From contig JAUWKS010000027.1 of the NCBI GenBank assembly GCA_030614005.1, positions 1-32,000 on the forward strand: 32,000 nucleotides of DNA. The letters are read 5' to 3'. The position numbers were made by a program, and so were the translations under genes. A model generated the notes under the pieces. The model was given only the letters and a program-made list of their open reading frames with translations, did no database searches and was not told the DNA's origin. The DNA is from Candidatus Heimdallarchaeota archaeon. GTDB taxonomy: Archaea > Asgardarchaeota > Heimdallarchaeia > JABLTI01. Within the stretch, counting starts at the first letter, position 1; each line of letters starts with the position of its first letter. Of this stretch, positions 1 through 8,176 are shown piece by piece.

Positions 1-16
1 AACTGCTGTCATGAAA

Positions 17-303
17 TATGGACAAATAGGACATGGAGAAGAATAAACGCTTGAAGATCAAGTAATTTTGTGTAGCACGAGGAATACTTTCAGCAATCTC
101 CAGAGAAAAGGACTTTAAACAAGGAAGCAGCATAGTTCTTTACTGACTACCAAAAAGTCAACAGCCTTCGAGGCTCCAGCCCCGTGCCGTATACCGACTC
201 GGGAATCCCCCACTCGACTGTTCCTAGTGGGGGCTCAGCGATGAACTGCATCCACTTGCTTGTTACGGTGACTGAGAATGGATAGATGTCCTATTTGTCC
301 ATA
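17..303. other. 287-bp element bounded by a perfect 18-bp inverted repeat, with a GC-rich hairpin core (candidate MITE or structured ncRNA)
   Basis: TATGGACAAATAGGACAT at 17-34 and its exact reverse complement ATGTCCTATTTGTCCATA at 286-303. Internal stems at 144-160, 163-175 and 207-233 (CCCCCACT/AGTGGGGG). Hand count gives 70 of 120 G+C over 161-280, far above the surrounding DNA. The repeat is certain; the function is not. Confidence 0.5.
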
Positions 304-435
304 AAAAAAGGAACGGTTGGCAAGGAAAAAATTAATGATTCAAAGGAAGATAGTGTAAACTAGTTTTCAGCAATTTTGAATAGAATATTACAAATGTTTT
401 TCAAAGTGAATGAGATTTGTTGTTTGTGAATAGCA

Positions 436-1158
436 ATGATAAAATGCATATCATTTGATTTTGATAGAACTTTGGCTCACGTTCAACCACAAACACATCA
501 TTTAGTACCAAAGTTACTAGCTGAAAAGGGAATAGGTGTTTCTGTTGACGAATTTCTACAAAAATGTGTAGAACTACGCCAGAATATTCCAGTTCATTTA
601 CAAGACCACTACTCAAGATTTGGCACTCTCTCAAAGGATTTGAGAGACAATTTTCTGAGGGAATATAATAAAGCTCGAATAGGTCTCCTTAAACTTGACG
701 GAGACCAAAAAGAAATTGAAATATTAAAAGAATGGTTAACAAATCAGATTTATTTACAGCAGAAAAAAATACTTTATGATGATGTTATTAGCATGGTAAA
801 GAAATTATGTGACCTAGGAATAAAACAATACATTCTTTCTGGAAATCATTCTGACGGCATTGTTCAATTACTTAAAGAATCAAACATCTTGGATTATTTT
901 GAAGAAATCATTACTGTCGATAAATTCTTTGTCAAAAAAATCGATAATTTCAAAATTTTACTTGAACATTCCAATTTCCCTCCAAATGAAATTCTCCATA
1001 TAGGTGATGATTTAGTAACTGATGGTTATGGTCCAAGGAAATATCAAATAGAATCAATTATAATCCGTAGACAAGCTCAACTTATTTTTCTTCCAAAACA
1101 CGATGAAAGTTTTCAATCGATAACAAATCTAGACGAATTAACTAAGTTTCTTGGGTAA
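436..1158 (+). CDS. HAD-superfamily hydrolase (HAD-IA-like)
   Basis: Motif I SFDFDRTL near the N-terminus, motif II ILSG, motif IV HIGDDLVTDG. Confidence 0.9.
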   Translation: MIKCISFDFDRTLAHVQPQTHHLVPKLLAEKGIGVSVDEFLQKCVELRQNIPVHLQDHYSRFGTLSKDLRDNFLREYNKARIGLLKLDGDQKEIEILKEWLTNQIYLQQKKILYDDVISMVKKLCDLGIKQYILSGNHSDGIVQLLKESNILDYFEEIITVDKFFVKKIDNFKILLEHSNFPPNEILHIGDDLVTDGYGPRKYQIESIIIRRQAQLIFLPKHDESFQSITNLDELTKFLG

Positions 1159-1349
1159 TTATCCCGTGTTAGCTGGTCTTGAAAAACAGTCTGACGTTCT
1201 TTTCATTCTCAAACTATCTGTTTATTTTAATAATTCAAATTTAATTTATATAAATTTTATTTCAATTATAAAACGTTTGTTTAAATATAAACTACTAAAA
1301 TTCACTCTTCTTTGAATTTAATACTCAGATAGTAATAATTAAATACACT

Positions 1350-2462
1350 ATGTATCATAACAAGTCAAAATTCCTAAAAAAGTACTATCGGGAAATGACA
1401 ACTATGCTTTCAAAAATCATCTCGAGACAAGATTTACCAAAACTTATTGATGCATTAACTAATGATTTCCTTGTCATCGCTCCCACATACGACAAAAAAG
1501 TCCCTACATTCTCTGAAGTAGAAAGTTCTTCAGAAGTGGAATTTGATATTCTTTTTAATGAAAAATTACCAATGCTTCCACCCAAGAAGGTATTCCTCCC
1601 TGCGAAGCAAACAGTATTTAAATACAACCTAATCAAGGGTGTAACAGATAGTTGTGATGAAATTTCAGATGCTGTAACTCATAATAAGAATGTCGTAATT
1701 TTCGGTGTAAGTCCATGTGACGTTTCCGGTGTAGGTGTATTAGAGCGAATATTCAGGGATAATTATAGTGATGATGTATTCTTACGGTTACATGATAAGA
1801 CCACAATTATTAGTGTGAATTGTTTGGATCACTGCTATGAAAATTGCTTCTGTGAAACAATGTCATCAAATGATCCTAAAAGTGGTTATGATGTGATGTT
1901 GACAGAAATTTCCAAGTCAAAATTAATTGCAGTTCCAAATTCTGACAAAGGAAAGAAAATATTACGAGATTACCCAGAACTCTTTTCACAAATAAGTGAA
2001 AAAGACTCAGAAGCTTATATTGATGCACTGAATTTAAAGAATAAAAATTTCAAAACTGAATTTCTAGTTGAGGGACTGGCAAGTCATGTCGAAGATAGTT
2101 TTGAATCGGAAATTTGGAAAGAATTTACCGAAAAATGTCTTTTCTGCGGCTCTTGCACATTCGTTTGTCCAACATGCTATTGTTATACTGTAAAAGAAAT
2201 AGTATCTGTTGATTTGAAAGATGGTGAAAGACAGAGAGAATGGGATTCATGTTATTTCCCTGAATTTGCACTTGTAGCTGGTGACCATAATTTCAGAGAA
2301 ACGAAAGAACAACGTTTCAGATATCGATACTTACACAAATTTGTTGATCTTCCTAGAAGATATAATTTCGAAGGTTGTGTAGGATGTGGGCGTTGTGTCA
2401 CTTATTGCCCAGCTAACATCGATGTAAGAGATGTTCTGAAAAAAATTATTGGAGTAATGTAA
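1350..2462 (+). CDS. hydB: Group 3b [NiFe]-hydrogenase (sulfhydrogenase) beta subunit, 4Fe-4S dicluster protein; true start may be ATG 1395 or 1404
   Basis: CLFCGSCTFVCPTCYC and CVGCGRCVTYCP ferredoxin motifs, PCD motif, WDSC motif; first gene of a four-gene operon. Confidence 0.9.
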   Translation: MYHNKSKFLKKYYREMTTMLSKIISRQDLPKLIDALTNDFLVIAPTYDKKVPTFSEVESSSEVEFDILFNEKLPMLPPKKVFLPAKQTVFKYNLIKGVTDSCDEISDAVTHNKNVVIFGVSPCDVSGVGVLERIFRDNYSDDVFLRLHDKTTIISVNCLDHCYENCFCETMSSNDPKSGYDVMLTEISKSKLIAVPNSDKGKKILRDYPELFSQISEKDSEAYIDALNLKNKNFKTEFLVEGLASHVEDSFESEIWKEFTEKCLFCGSCTFVCPTCYCYTVKEIVSVDLKDGERQREWDSCYFPEFALVAGDHNFRETKEQRFRYRYLHKFVDLPRRYNFEGCVGCGRCVTYCPANIDVRDVLKKIIGVM

Positions 2463-2463
2463 G

Positions 2464-3324
2464 ATGAGAAATGCTGCTATTGCACATAATGTTGGTGTTT
2501 GCACGCCAAATAATGCCAAAATAATCAAAATAACAGAGCTTACACATAACACTAAACTCTTCGAGATTCAACTTGAAGATGAACATAGTAATAATTTCTT
2601 TGATTATAGTCCTGGTCAATTTGTATTGATTACTGTTTTCGGTGTTGGAGAAATTCCAATTGGTCTTACATCTACACCAATAAAACGTGGTTCATTTGAA
2701 TTAGGAATCAGAAAAGTTGGTAACGTTACTAATAAAATTCATCAGATGAACGTTGGTGATATTGTAGGAATAAGAGGTCCTTTTGGTAAGGGATTCCCAA
2801 TTGAAGAAAACAAACATAAAGATTTGTTATATGTTTGTGGTGGAACAGGTTACTTTCCAATTAGATCTACATTTTTATATGCAATTGCCCGAAGAGAAGA
2901 TTATGGTAAAATAATGTTTCTTTATGGTGATCGCTGCCCAACAGATGTGCTATTTCCAGATGAGAATGATGATTATAAGAAAAGAGAAGACATACTCTTC
3001 CATCAATCTGTAGATAGAGATGACGATAAATGTTGGGAAGGAAATGTTGGTGTTGTAACAACTCTCTTTCCAAACATCGCGAAAGAAATTGATCCAGTAA
3101 ATACTGTTGTTTTTGTTGCCGGACCAGCAATAATGTACAGATATGTAATCATTGAATTAGAGAAACTCGGAATCAAAAACGAGAACATTTACCTTTCCCT
3201 TGAAAGAAAAATGAAATGTGGTATAGGAAAATGTTGCCATTGTGGTATAGGCGATAAGTTCGCTTGTTTGGATGGACCTGTTTTCTCTTTAGATCAAATA
3301 AGAGGACTTTTGGAGGCACTATAA
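2464..3324 (+). CDS. hydG: Group 3b hydrogenase gamma subunit (FAD/NAD(P)-binding, 2Fe-2S)
   Basis: PGQFV, GPFGKGF, GGTG and AGPAIM motifs of the FNR family; C-terminal ERKMKCGIGKCCHC...CLDGPVF cluster motif. Confidence 0.93.
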   Translation: MRNAAIAHNVGVCTPNNAKIIKITELTHNTKLFEIQLEDEHSNNFFDYSPGQFVLITVFGVGEIPIGLTSTPIKRGSFELGIRKVGNVTNKIHQMNVGDIVGIRGPFGKGFPIEENKHKDLLYVCGGTGYFPIRSTFLYAIARREDYGKIMFLYGDRCPTDVLFPDENDDYKKREDILFHQSVDRDDDKCWEGNVGVVTTLFPNIAKEIDPVNTVVFVAGPAIMYRYVIIELEKLGIKNENIYLSLERKMKCGIGKCCHCGIGDKFACLDGPVFSLDQIRGLLEAL

Positions 3325-3325
3325 A

Positions 3326-4135
3326 ATGGCAAGTAAACCACAGATTGGAATTGTTGGCTTCACAGGTTGTGCTGGTTGTCAATTAAGTATTCTAGATTTG
3401 GAAAACGAACTCTTAGATTTACTTGGTCTCGTAGATATTATCGATTTCAGAATGGCTATGAGTGGTAATAAGAAAGGACCATATGACATCCTCTTTGTTG
3501 AAGGAAGTATAGTTAATAAACATCAAGAAGAAGAACTAAAAGAGCTTCGAGAAAAAGCAAAGGTACTAGTTGCTATTGGTTCTTGCGCTTCTTTTGGTGG
3601 GCCACAAGCAATTAGGAATTATCGAGATAACAAGAAAACCAAAATTGCTCAATATGGTAAAGACAACATTGACAAAGTAGAAGTGATAAAAGTCAAGCCC
3701 ATAAATAAAGTTGTGAAGGTTGACCATTATCTTTTAGAATGTCCAGTCAACAAATACGAATTCTTAGATTTTGTCAAATACTATCTTGTTGGCGGCACTC
3801 CTACATTGCCAAATTATCCTGTTTGCCAACAATGCAAAGCAAAAGGCAACCGCTGTATCTTTCTTGAAGATGGTATTATGTGTATGGGTCCAGTTATACA
3901 AGCTGGATGTGATGCATTATGTCCCAGTTATGGAATGCCTTGTGATGGTTGTAGAGGTTCAACGTTAGAAGCAGCTTATGACCAGCAAGTGCAATTGATG
4001 ATAGAGAAAGGTGCGTCTGTCGAAGATATCACACGTTACATTTTGAAATATAACGGTGAAGATAAACAAGTACATGAGTTCCTAATGGAGAAATGGAAGG
4101 AACAGGATAAAAAGTTAGTATATCAAGAGGATTAA
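3326..4135 (+). CDS. hydD: Group 3b hydrogenase small (delta) subunit
   Basis: GCAGCQ, VEGS, GSCA and ECP proximal-cluster motifs; C-terminal Cys cluster CQQC...C...CMGP...GCDALCP...PCDGCRG. Confidence 0.93.
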   Translation: MASKPQIGIVGFTGCAGCQLSILDLENELLDLLGLVDIIDFRMAMSGNKKGPYDILFVEGSIVNKHQEEELKELREKAKVLVAIGSCASFGGPQAIRNYRDNKKTKIAQYGKDNIDKVEVIKVKPINKVVKVDHYLLECPVNKYEFLDFVKYYLVGGTPTLPNYPVCQQCKAKGNRCIFLEDGIMCMGPVIQAGCDALCPSYGMPCDGCRGSTLEAAYDQQVQLMIEKGASVEDITRYILKYNGEDKQVHEFLMEKWKEQDKKLVYQED

Positions 4136-4139
4136 CAAG

Positions 4140-5453
4140 GTGGTAAGAAAAATGACGTCAAAATCGTATCATATAAAACATATTTGTAGAGTAGAAGGTC
4201 ATGGAAACCTCCTCGTTGAAATGGAAGGAAATGAAGTTAATCATGCTGAAATGCAAATTATAGAAGGAGCTCGTTTCTTCGAAGGTATTGCAGTTGGAAG
4301 AAAATATGATGAAGCAATTAACATCATGTCCCGAATATGTGCCATTTGTAGTACTTCTCATCAATTGTCCGCAGTTGGTGCATTAGAAAGAAGTGTTGGA
4401 ATTGAGCCAAGCAAACAAGTAAATGATTTCCGTGTTCTTTTAGATCACGGTGAAAATCTTCAATCTCATATTCTCCATGTAGGGATGTTAGCCTTACCCG
4501 ACTTTCTAGGATTTGATGGAGTCATACAAATGGTACCAAAATATCCGAATGAAGTTAAAATGGTTTTATCTATGAAGCGCACCGCAAACGATTTACAAAC
4601 ACTTATTGGTGGTCGTGAAATCCATCCGGTGAACATTAAACCTGGAGGATTTGGAGCTTATCCTACAACAAATCAACTAAAAGAAATGAAAGAAAAACTT
4701 GTTGTGTTTAAACAGAACACTCAAGCTTTTGCTGACCTCCTTGCAACATTGAAGATGCCTGAATTTGAGAATAAAACCGAGCAAGTAGCTGTCTATGACG
4801 GAAAAAGCTATCCTTTCACTAAAGGGGATCATAAATGCCTCCTAAGTGGGAAAATCGTGAAACCAGAAGATTACAAGAAGAACTTCATTAAAGAAGAAGT
4901 TAGAGGTTATTCTTCCGCTAAATTCTCAACCATTAATGATGGCGAAATATACTATGTATCACCACTCGCTCGCGTAAACATTAATTACAAATTCTTGACA
5001 GATGATGCTAAGAAAGTATTAGCTCAATTTGATATGAAACTACCAAACTTCAATCCATTTAATAATAACGTTGCTCGAGTTATCGAGTTAATGCACTGTG
5101 TAGATGAAGCAATTGAAATCACAGATAAATACATAGAGAAACCACCCAAGGATGACAATAAAGAATTTAAAATCAAAGCTGGAACAGGTTCTCTTGCTAC
5201 TGAAGCTCCTAGAGGATTATTGAATCATTCATATGATGTAGATAAAAACGGCATCATTAAAAGAGCCGATGTAATCACTCCAACAGCGCACAACTTGAAT
5301 AAAATCGAGGATGATGCTAAGAAATTTGGTTCATTGATTGCAGATAAAACAGATGAAGAAGCTGAATTATTACTTAATATGCTTGTTCGTTCATATGATC
5401 CTTGCATTTCTTGTTCAGCACATGCAATTCGAATTGACTTGCGAAGAAAATAA
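4140..5453 (+). CDS. hydA: Group 3b [NiFe]-hydrogenase large (alpha) subunit; likely start ATG 4152
   Basis: RVEGHG, L1 motif RICAICSTSH, EAPRG, L2 motif RSYDPCISCSAH followed by a 9-aa C-terminal extension typical of a maturation-cleaved tail. Confidence 0.96.
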   Translation: MVRKMTSKSYHIKHICRVEGHGNLLVEMEGNEVNHAEMQIIEGARFFEGIAVGRKYDEAINIMSRICAICSTSHQLSAVGALERSVGIEPSKQVNDFRVLLDHGENLQSHILHVGMLALPDFLGFDGVIQMVPKYPNEVKMVLSMKRTANDLQTLIGGREIHPVNIKPGGFGAYPTTNQLKEMKEKLVVFKQNTQAFADLLATLKMPEFENKTEQVAVYDGKSYPFTKGDHKCLLSGKIVKPEDYKKNFIKEEVRGYSSAKFSTINDGEIYYVSPLARVNINYKFLTDDAKKVLAQFDMKLPNFNPFNNNVARVIELMHCVDEAIEITDKYIEKPPKDDNKEFKIKAGTGSLATEAPRGLLNHSYDVDKNGIIKRADVITPTAHNLNKIEDDAKKFGSLIADKTDEEAELLLNMLVRSYDPCISCSAHAIRIDLRRK

Positions 5454-5466
5454 ATTAACTAATATT

Positions 5467-5505
5467 AGCGATCTTTATTGGTCGCTCTCTCTTTCCTTTT
5501 TCTTA
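5467..5505 (+). terminator. Hairpin plus pyrimidine tract after the hydrogenase operon
   Basis: AGCGATC-TTTATT-GGTCGCT stem (one G-U pair) followed by CTCTCTTTCCTTTTCTT. Confidence 0.45.
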
Positions 5506-5614
5506 TCACACTACTTATATTTTAGGTAAAAAATTAACCTAGAAGAAATGTTTATGAGTCTAACTTCTCACTCTTTAAAAGAGTATTAAAAAAAGCAACG
5601 AACAGAAAGAACTG

Positions 5615-8083
5615 GTGCAAATTTCAATGACGTTCTCGGATATCTTCAATTTTAGCTTGTGGTTTGATGCTGAACATTATCAAAATACTTTGGGTTTCAT
5701 TTTAGCAATAATATGCGGAATAATTATGCTAACAGAGCTATACACTATTATCACTCAAAAAACTGAACCTGATTTATTGATGTTATTGTTGGGTGGGGTT
5801 ATTGGTGGTTTAGTTCAAGGATTTACTGGTGATTTATTATTAGCAATTCTTTCAGCATTGTGTTGGTTAATGATCTTTTCAGTTTGGACAATTCGTGAAA
5901 GCCCCGTCTGGCGAGAACTAATGCTTGCTTCGCTTATATCTTACCTTGTAGTTTTAGGTGGAAGAATAATCCAAATCGTTTTAGAATGGCATGCAAGAGT
6001 AATTTTAAATTTTACAACTCCAGAAGAAGTGCCATATTGGGGTTTAACCGGCCAACAGTGGTTTGGTATAGCTTGGAATGTTTTTATTTATGTGTTCTTT
6101 CTTCTTTGCATCATATTCTTTGGAAGAAGATTTTTCCTCGTTTCTCGTTTAACTTCTCCACAAATTATCTATCTAATGTTCTTTGCATTATCTTATTTGG
6201 TTCTTTACAACTTTACAGAGTTTCTTAACGTAACTTACCCTGGTGTGCCTGAAGCCATATCTGACCGGGTTCTTTTCGCATCATTTGGAACGTATGAAAT
6301 AATGATCGTTGTGAATTTTCTCTTATACCTTGTTTCTGGACCTCTGTTAAATTTCGCTTTTGGTGTTAAAAAAGTTAAAGATGAACGTGTATTAGGACTA
6401 GTTCAGGAAGTAAAAGAAAAATTAGGTGTAAAAAGTAAAGTTCGAGTAGGAAAAGTAAAAGCTCCCATACTCAATGCCTTTGCTTTTGGAGCGTTTTTCG
6501 ATAAAAGAATAGCTTTTATGTCTCGAGACCTTTCAGATTTCACTGATGATGACATTCGAGGTATTGCCGGTCACGAGCTTGCACACGCACAAAGAGTTCA
6601 TACCCTTTGGCTATTTCTGCTTACAACGGTAACATTTGCTATAACTAAAGCATTACAACTTCCAGCAACAACGCTAGATTATATCTTTGACCCAAATGTT
6701 GGATTAGATTTTCTTTGGTACTACTTGTACAATATTGTAATCCTTGTATTCTCTTATCTCTTTGTAAGAATACTGGAAGGCAGAGCAGATCGTCTTACAA
6801 TGAAAGCTGGATATGGAAAAGCTTTAGCGAAGTCACTTGTAAAATTGGATGGATTCTATCAAGGAATTGCTAGTGAAATGGGTTTAAGTGTGTACCTCCT
6901 AACTGATAAAGAGCAAACTAAATCCGAAAAAATTAGGTTCCTAGGTGATGCAGGTCGAAATATGTACGACATTACTATTAAACCTAAAAAGATGGACTTG
7001 CTAATCAATCTAATGGCAAGTCACCCTAAATCTGCATACAGAGTGGTTGCTTTAACAGATCAAGAAAAGCTACCTCCAGTAAAAGCTGCTATGCTTCCAC
7101 TATTATTGTTAATACCTTTTGTAAGAAGAAAATACTTGAAAGAACTTCAGGAATCTAGAGGTGGTATTGCAGAATTAATAGACCAGGCATTCATCGAAGC
7201 TTATGGCAAAAAAGCACCAAAACAATATGATGAAGTATCACATAAGACGTATCAATATAAATTCATCAAAGGAAAAAACATAGTTGCAATTTCAAAGTTA
7301 AACAAAAAAGATTATCTTCAAGGAAAAGTTGTGAAATTAAAAACATCATCTAATATCACAACATTGAACGTTTTAGAAATTGCCACTGCTGAAGGTAAGA
7401 AGGAGATTACTTTAAGTGATTACAATGTCTTTGAAATGGTGGAAGGACAAAAACAACTTTTCAAAAATGGTAAATTTGGCGTCATTAAACAATTAGGAAC
7501 TAGTGAGAAAGAATTTGCTTTTAAAGTTCAAATGCTTGGTGATGAGAGCGAAATAAAGGAAATGACTGTTTCAGGAATACCAATTGACTATTTTGAAAAT
7601 ATGATCGGGAAAGACATTTTATTCCTTCAAAAAGGTGTTACAAGATTAGCTCGATTGGATAACATTGAATTTTCAGATGAAGGTTTAGCTGAGAGTAATT
7701 TCACTATCACCATAGGCAATGAAACGAAAGTCATTAGCGGAAAAAGTTTTATCATTGAATTCAAGCCTTTTGCTGTTTACCTAAAGAAAGGAAAAGAAAA
7801 ACAACAAAGATCAATGTTTGACTCCCTTAAAGGAAAACAAGTTTCATTTCAAACAAAAGATGATCTCGATACTCTGCTGAAAGGTAAATTGGTTGAAATA
7901 AAAGAAGATTCTGTTTTGGTTAAAACCATTGATGAAACACAAGAAGTTTTCATTAAGAGAATTGAATTCATCTATTCTTACGAAGATAATATGCTACTAA
8001 TATACAAACCAAACCTATCTTTTGTAGAAAGGATAATGATGTTTTTCCAAAACAGAAAGAAATTGGCATATATTATTTCTTAA
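5615..8083 (+). CDS. Polytopic M48-family (HtpX/Ste24-like) zinc metalloprotease with a C-terminal array of Sm/SH3-like beta barrels
   Basis: HELAH zinc motif, EGRAD third ligand, SHP...R motif, NAFAFG; about 7 hydrophobic segments before the catalytic motif and 2 after; about 300-aa soluble beta-rich C-terminus. Confidence 0.85.
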   Translation: MQISMTFSDIFNFSLWFDAEHYQNTLGFILAIICGIIMLTELYTIITQKTEPDLLMLLLGGVIGGLVQGFTGDLLLAILSALCWLMIFSVWTIRESPVWRELMLASLISYLVVLGGRIIQIVLEWHARVILNFTTPEEVPYWGLTGQQWFGIAWNVFIYVFFLLCIIFFGRRFFLVSRLTSPQIIYLMFFALSYLVLYNFTEFLNVTYPGVPEAISDRVLFASFGTYEIMIVVNFLLYLVSGPLLNFAFGVKKVKDERVLGLVQEVKEKLGVKSKVRVGKVKAPILNAFAFGAFFDKRIAFMSRDLSDFTDDDIRGIAGHELAHAQRVHTLWLFLLTTVTFAITKALQLPATTLDYIFDPNVGLDFLWYYLYNIVILVFSYLFVRILEGRADRLTMKAGYGKALAKSLVKLDGFYQGIASEMGLSVYLLTDKEQTKSEKIRFLGDAGRNMYDITIKPKKMDLLINLMASHPKSAYRVVALTDQEKLPPVKAAMLPLLLLIPFVRRKYLKELQESRGGIAELIDQAFIEAYGKKAPKQYDEVSHKTYQYKFIKGKNIVAISKLNKKDYLQGKVVKLKTSSNITTLNVLEIATAEGKKEITLSDYNVFEMVEGQKQLFKNGKFGVIKQLGTSEKEFAFKVQMLGDESEIKEMTVSGIPIDYFENMIGKDILFLQKGVTRLARLDNIEFSDEGLAESNFTITIGNETKVISGKSFIIEFKPFAVYLKKGKEKQQRSMFDSLKGKQVSFQTKDDLDTLLKGKLVEIKEDSVLVKTIDETQEVFIKRIEFIYSYEDNMLLIYKPNLSFVERIMMFFQNRKKLAYIIS

Positions 8084-8104
8084 TACAATCTAAAAGTAGC
8101 TTGC

Positions 8105-8135
8105 TTGGGAATTATTTCCCAACACTTTTCATTTT
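8105..8135. terminator. Hairpin between convergent genes
   Basis: TTGGGAA-TTAT-TTCCCAA followed by T-rich sequence. Confidence 0.45.
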
Positions 8136-8176
8136 TTATAATTTAGAATAGGCTCGTACATTACTGATAACAATAA

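Noticed and set aside
1-54. 3' end of an upstream gene
   Set aside because: Two frames are open for only 14-17 codons, which is too short to call.
200-250. c-di-AMP (ydaO) or TPP riboswitch
   Set aside because: The minus strand has ATCGCTGA...GTGGGGGA and the plus strand has CTGAGA, but the required downstream conserved blocks are absent.
234-276. Eukaryote-like SECIS element
   Set aside because: The AUGA/GA core is present, but the upper helix is only 4 bp, there is no apical AA, and no in-frame TGA selenoprotein candidate is visible. The hydrogenase uses Cys.
17-303. SRP RNA or RNase P RNA
   Set aside because: The size and closing helix fit, and AGGAAGCAGC (122-131) resembles SRP helix 8. 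However, the pairing CAGG strand and GNRA loop are missing, and I found neither RNase P consensus (GAGGAAAGUCC and the 3' P4 strand) on either strand.
5615-8083. The M48 protease as the hydrogenase maturation endopeptidase
   Set aside because: Hydrogenase tails are cleaved by A31-family (HycI/HybD) enzymes. A hairpin and a 161-bp gap also separate this gene from the operon.
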